Shown here: positions 59,964 through 64,000 of the stretch, one piece after another
Position numbering within the stretch: the first letter of the stretch is position 1
How the letters are laid out: each line of letters opens with the position of its first letter
NCBI RefSeq assembly: GCF_001949145.1
Contig: NW_019091357.1
Coordinates: 3,231,078 to 3,295,077 of the forward strand
Source of the DNA: Acanthaster planci
Taxonomy: Eukaryota
Direction: 5' to 3'
DNA: 64,000 nucleotides
Program-made: the position numbers and the translations under genes
Notes under the pieces: generated by a model
Told to the model about the DNA's origin: nothing
Database searches by the model: none
What the model saw: only the letters and a program-made list of their open reading frames with translations

Positions 59964-60130
59964 GGGCGATTCACAGTAGTGCCCCTCCAAGAGTTTCGAA
60001 CGCGTTGACCAATCACAATGCGCGAAATCTATGGACCCTTTCCAAACGCGCATTGGATCGACAGATGTCGCGCACTGTGATTGGTCAACGCATTGCAAAC
60101 TCTTGGGGGCGCACTATTGTGAAACCCCCT
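59964..60130. mobile_element. Palindromic MITE-like element (~65-bp arms)
   Basis: TTCACAGTAGTGCCCCTCCAAGAGTTT...GTTGACCAATCACAATGCGCGA ... TCGCGCACTGTGATTGGTCAAC...AAACTCTTGGGGGCGCACTATTGTGAA. Confidence 0.8.
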
Positions 60131-60692
60131 ATTATCTCCAATGCTTGAACTGATGGTCTCTGCTCAGTCGCAATGTCGACCGTGCATGCGCGGCACGCAT
60201 AGTGCTTGTTCAAAGACTAGCGTACGATTCGATCCACCATCAGGCCGAAATCAACACTTTTATGAGGATAACCCACTCCGTCCATCCAGGGGGCGGTCTA
60301 ATACTTGCTTGACGTCAATGATCTGTAGTATTTATGTAGATTACAGCCTACTGCGGTTTGCGGTTGACCCCCAAGGAAATTGTACTTCATGAATTCATTG
60401 CCGTTGTTGAATTAATTATTAAACATCGGAAAATAATTGGCAGGTGCGTTCGCAGACGCAGGTGGTGGACAGTACCCGCATCATATTAGGTTGTTTGGTT
60501 ATATTACGTGTGCACTTTTATGTCCAGTATTAGTCTCTTGTTGAGCGTATGGTAATAATACTAATAACAGCAAAGCTTGTACAGGCACTCGACATGTAGA
60601 ATATTGAAGACAACATTGGAAGCAGATAATGAAATTGGATCAGTTTTTCCAGAGAGCGTTAGGCTTCAACTTGCACTCTCCCTCCATACTTT

Positions 60693-63214
60693 CTACTTGC
60701 GGGGAACGGCACAGATCTCGAACGGCAGGGGCGACCACGTGATCCCTGCCACGCCCTTGAAGGAGATGGGCGGGGCCAGAGTTGGTTTCCGAAAGGTGAA
60801 GCGGTGGATGAGACGAGTAAAAAAGACGAAGAGCTCCGTCCGAGACATTTGCTCGCCGATGCACATGCGAGGACCTGGGATGGATAAAAAAAAATTCGCG
60901 ATTTAGTATTTGAATTCAGGAAAACAGTTCTACAAAATTCTTTAAAGTACTCTATCGCAAAATCTATATCCGACCTTATAATAGTCATGTAAACATACTG
61001 TACATGAACAGGACCGGTGGTTTTATAGAACTAAGGTTCCCGTTTAAACACCACGGCCCATTAACACTGGTGACATTGCTGATTTACTAGTTATATTTGA
61101 CTAAATTATATAACTCCGACAATCTGCATTCTTTTCCTCAAAGTTTGGTGACTTATTGACAAAATCTTGTACCTGTAGAGAAGGGTAGCAAGTCGTACTT
61201 CCTGTTGGAGAGCTGCCCGCTTTCGTCCAGGAACCTCTCCGGTTTGAATTTGTCCGGCTCAGGGAATACCTTTTCGTCCAAACCGAGCATTCCCAGGTTA
61301 GCAAACACCAAACTGCCCTTAGAGATATGGTATCCGCCGATGGTGGTGTCCTGGGAGGCCTGGTGCGGTGCCCCGAGGGGAACAACGTTGCCCAGGCGAA
61401 ATATCTCCAGCATGACCGCCTCGGTGTAGGGCAGCCGTGGCCGGTCGGCCATGGTGGGGAATCGCTGGCGCCCCACGACAGAGTCAATCTCATCTTGAAC
61501 CTGTTGGTTTGGTCAAACAGATGCAGGATATGAGAACACACTTTCACTTTGGTCATTTCAAGTTTAAAAAACTTGATAATAAGGGGTGTTGTTTGGCTTA
61601 ATTTCTTTCTAATTCTGTGTGGACTTATGGCGGCAGACAATGGCATCACTGTCATTTCAAGTCAAAGAAGAAACATACACCTCAAACGACTGAGATCCAT
61701 GTGGCTACTTCAGAGGATCTGAAAATTTGGAGCATATTGGAGAGTCCTATACCTGCTGTATGTAATGGCTCTTACAAACTTAAATCTGGCACACGACACT
61801 CTTTTATACCAACCAATGCCTAGGCTTTAAGGTTATCTGATTATTTCAATCGAGGTACATGTACCCTTTGTTGAATTTCAGGATGTGCCATCATGTAGAT
61901 CATTCCCCACCGAACCGATGTCGATGTAGCCTCCGTTCCAGCCACAAAGAGATCCCCCACAGTGGCGTACATGTCGTTCATATTCACGTTGGACTTGTTC
62001 ACCGACGACGCCTCCATCTCCCGCAGGTACACGTCGATGAAGTCCCGCGGGTGCTCCGGGTCGAAATCTTTCTTGTGCTCCTCCAGGACGTCCCGCGTGA
62101 ACTCGCAGATGAGCTTGAGGTTCTCGCCAGTCTCCCGGACCGGGGGCAGGAACCGGGCGAAGACGTGGGCGCCGGGTAAGACCTGCAGCGCTCCCGTCAC
62201 GCCGCCGATCAGCTGGATGTTGCGGTAGATCGCCCCGAGCAGCCGCTTGAATTGCGGGTCATCGTAGTCGTAACGAGTGCCAAATACCACCTTGCAGATG
62301 ACGTTGGACACGGCATTGGCCATCAGGACGTAGGGGCTGAACGGCCGGCCCTCGTGTTTAGCCACTTCTGTCAGCAGATGGCCAGCTTCCACTGCCACCT
62401 GGTCTTCAAAGTCAGTTCTGTTTAAGCCAAAGTCCCTCATGAAGGTCATGGCGATCCGTCGCTGGGTCTTCCACGCTTCTCCAGACGAAAATGCAACTCC
62501 TGTGTGTCAAGAAAATATGTTCCAATTTGAGCCGCCATGTCACTAAAATGCGCAGCGCCATAAAATAAAATACCGTCGGTACTCCAAAATGTTTCGTTTG
62601 TGTACCCAAAGAAAATTATAAACGTTCATCATTTGCATAGTATTTTGAAGCTTCCACCTGCATTACCGTCATTAACGGGCGAGTTCAAGAGACAAACATG
62701 CACTTGAAGACCACTTGTCGAATTTCCCAGATAACTGGTAGGCGGCCCGCTATACAACATAATAATTCATGTACTAGGTACCGGTCAAAATTGATCCGTG
62801 ATTGATAGATGGTCGTTTCCCTAAATCGGAGAACAAATGATTAACTGCAGAATGATAAATGTCGACCTATAATTAAGACTTCTTCGAAACAAATCTCTAA
62901 GTATATGTACCGGTAGATAATGGGGAAACAGCTTACCCCTGACAAGAGTCAACGATATTTAACACAGGAACTTAATTCATCAGTTTCTGCTCAGTCTCCA
63001 AAAATCGATTACGTGCGTGTATACTCACTGCAGGAATAAACACATGTCAAGCGTACCTGCGCCATCCAAAACATGTTTGAGTATCTTAACAGATGGTCGA
63101 TCGCAAATGAACTTGTTGTGGAAAGCTTCTTTGATTGTCTCGGCGCCGTGCAGGATGACAAGGCTCAGCCCCACAAGACCCACAGAATATACCGGTCCGT
63201 AAGTTTTGTAGTAA
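60693..63214 (-). CDS. Cytochrome P450, CYP2 clan (CYP2U/2J-like); 4 exons, first exon(s) not found in window
   Basis: Exons (- strand) 63214-63057 (YYKTYGPVYSV...IKEAF...DRPS), 62499-61865 (WKTQRR C-helix, ANAVSNVIC, PRDFIDVYL, I-helix DLFVAGTEATS), 61500-61173 (EIFR ExxR, PDKFKPERF) and 60874-60693. The heme motif FSTG|PRMCIG spans the last intron, and the stop is TAG. Intron phases are compatible and I saw no frame disruptions. Confidence 0.95.
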
Positions 63215-64000
63215 CTGAAGTGACAAAAAAAAAATCCATTTTACACAACCCCTGAACAAATCTGATCGGTAGCTCATTGACAGCGTTGTCTAAGTATCAC
63301 ACGGAGAAGGAAATTATTGTCACTAAAATGCTAACAATTTCTTTATTACCAATGACACAAGATGGGCTCTGGGAGCAAAAAAAGTTCTGTCACCAAATCA
63401 AGGTAACTTTTTTCCGATGATGGTGGCCAATAGTTGCAAACGTAAGTCAAGCTTATTTTGTGACAGCGCTTTTGATCCCGGTCAGTGTCAATCTGTACCG
63501 ACCTGAAGTGCATGTTTACCGGCAAAGAAAGGACAAGATGGTGGGACGTTTTCCAACCGGACCTGTGCACATACACGTCGCACACCTGAAGTACTGTACA
63601 TCTGAAACCTAAAGCCATTCTGGGTACATACTGTAGTGAATTGCGTGCGATGCTGAATACGTACTTCGTGAGTCACTGTTGTTTTGGAATCTAAAAGATT
63701 TCCATTTTAAATGTGACATTTTAGAATTTCGCCGACGGAGATCTTTTATAGTGCGTTTGTCTCCAACACATCGGCAAAACTTTGCCTGTTGATTTAGTCG
63801 GGTGCCGTCTCGTTACGGTAGACCGCCATTGTTTTGAATGGGAGCTTTCTGTCTATGTGTTTATTTATGTCTTTCGGAACTACCGATCTCCTTCTACACA
63901 GAGTTTTATTTTCTTTTTGTTTACCAACGTTTGCAGAAGGTTTGCAGAATTTCACCCTGGTTCGCAACATACAACCTTTGCCCCCAAAAGCACTTTAGTG

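Noticed and set aside
63346..63676. Possible first exon of the P450 gene
   Set aside because: I found no N-terminal membrane anchor or PPGP motif with a phase-compatible donor; exon 1 probably lies beyond the window.

Overview
This is eukaryotic (animal) genomic DNA, probably from an invertebrate deuterostome such as an echinoderm; that taxon call is a low-confidence inference from the gene and repeat style. About 52 kb is one + strand laminin alpha-chain gene of the LAMA3B/LAMA5/Drosophila LanA type. I traced 71 phase-compatible GT-AG coding exons from the end of the LN domain (463) to the stop codon (51951). They encode 11 LE repeats, LF(L4a), LEb, L4b, LEc, a ~590-aa coiled coil and LG1-5. 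The 5' exons lie upstream of the window. A convergent CYP2-clan cytochrome P450 gene lies on the - strand (4 exons, 60693-63214; first exon not found in the window). Introns and the intergenic gap carry SINEs, LINE 3' fragments, MITE-like inverted repeats, an 84-bp minisatellite and a decayed Crypton-like element. I found no prokaryote-type novel system. The most interesting observations are: (1) a 4-Cys EGF-like knob interrupting the alpha-chain coiled coil; (2) a candidate 63-nt cassette exon flanked by RBFOX/QKI motifs, absent from the ORF track; (3) an L4b RGD at the position of the vertebrate LAMA5 RGD, plus a second RGD in LG5; (4) Ala in place of the catalytic I-helix Thr in the P450; (5) a Crypton-like relic nested inside a foldback-like element. 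All coordinates were read by eye.
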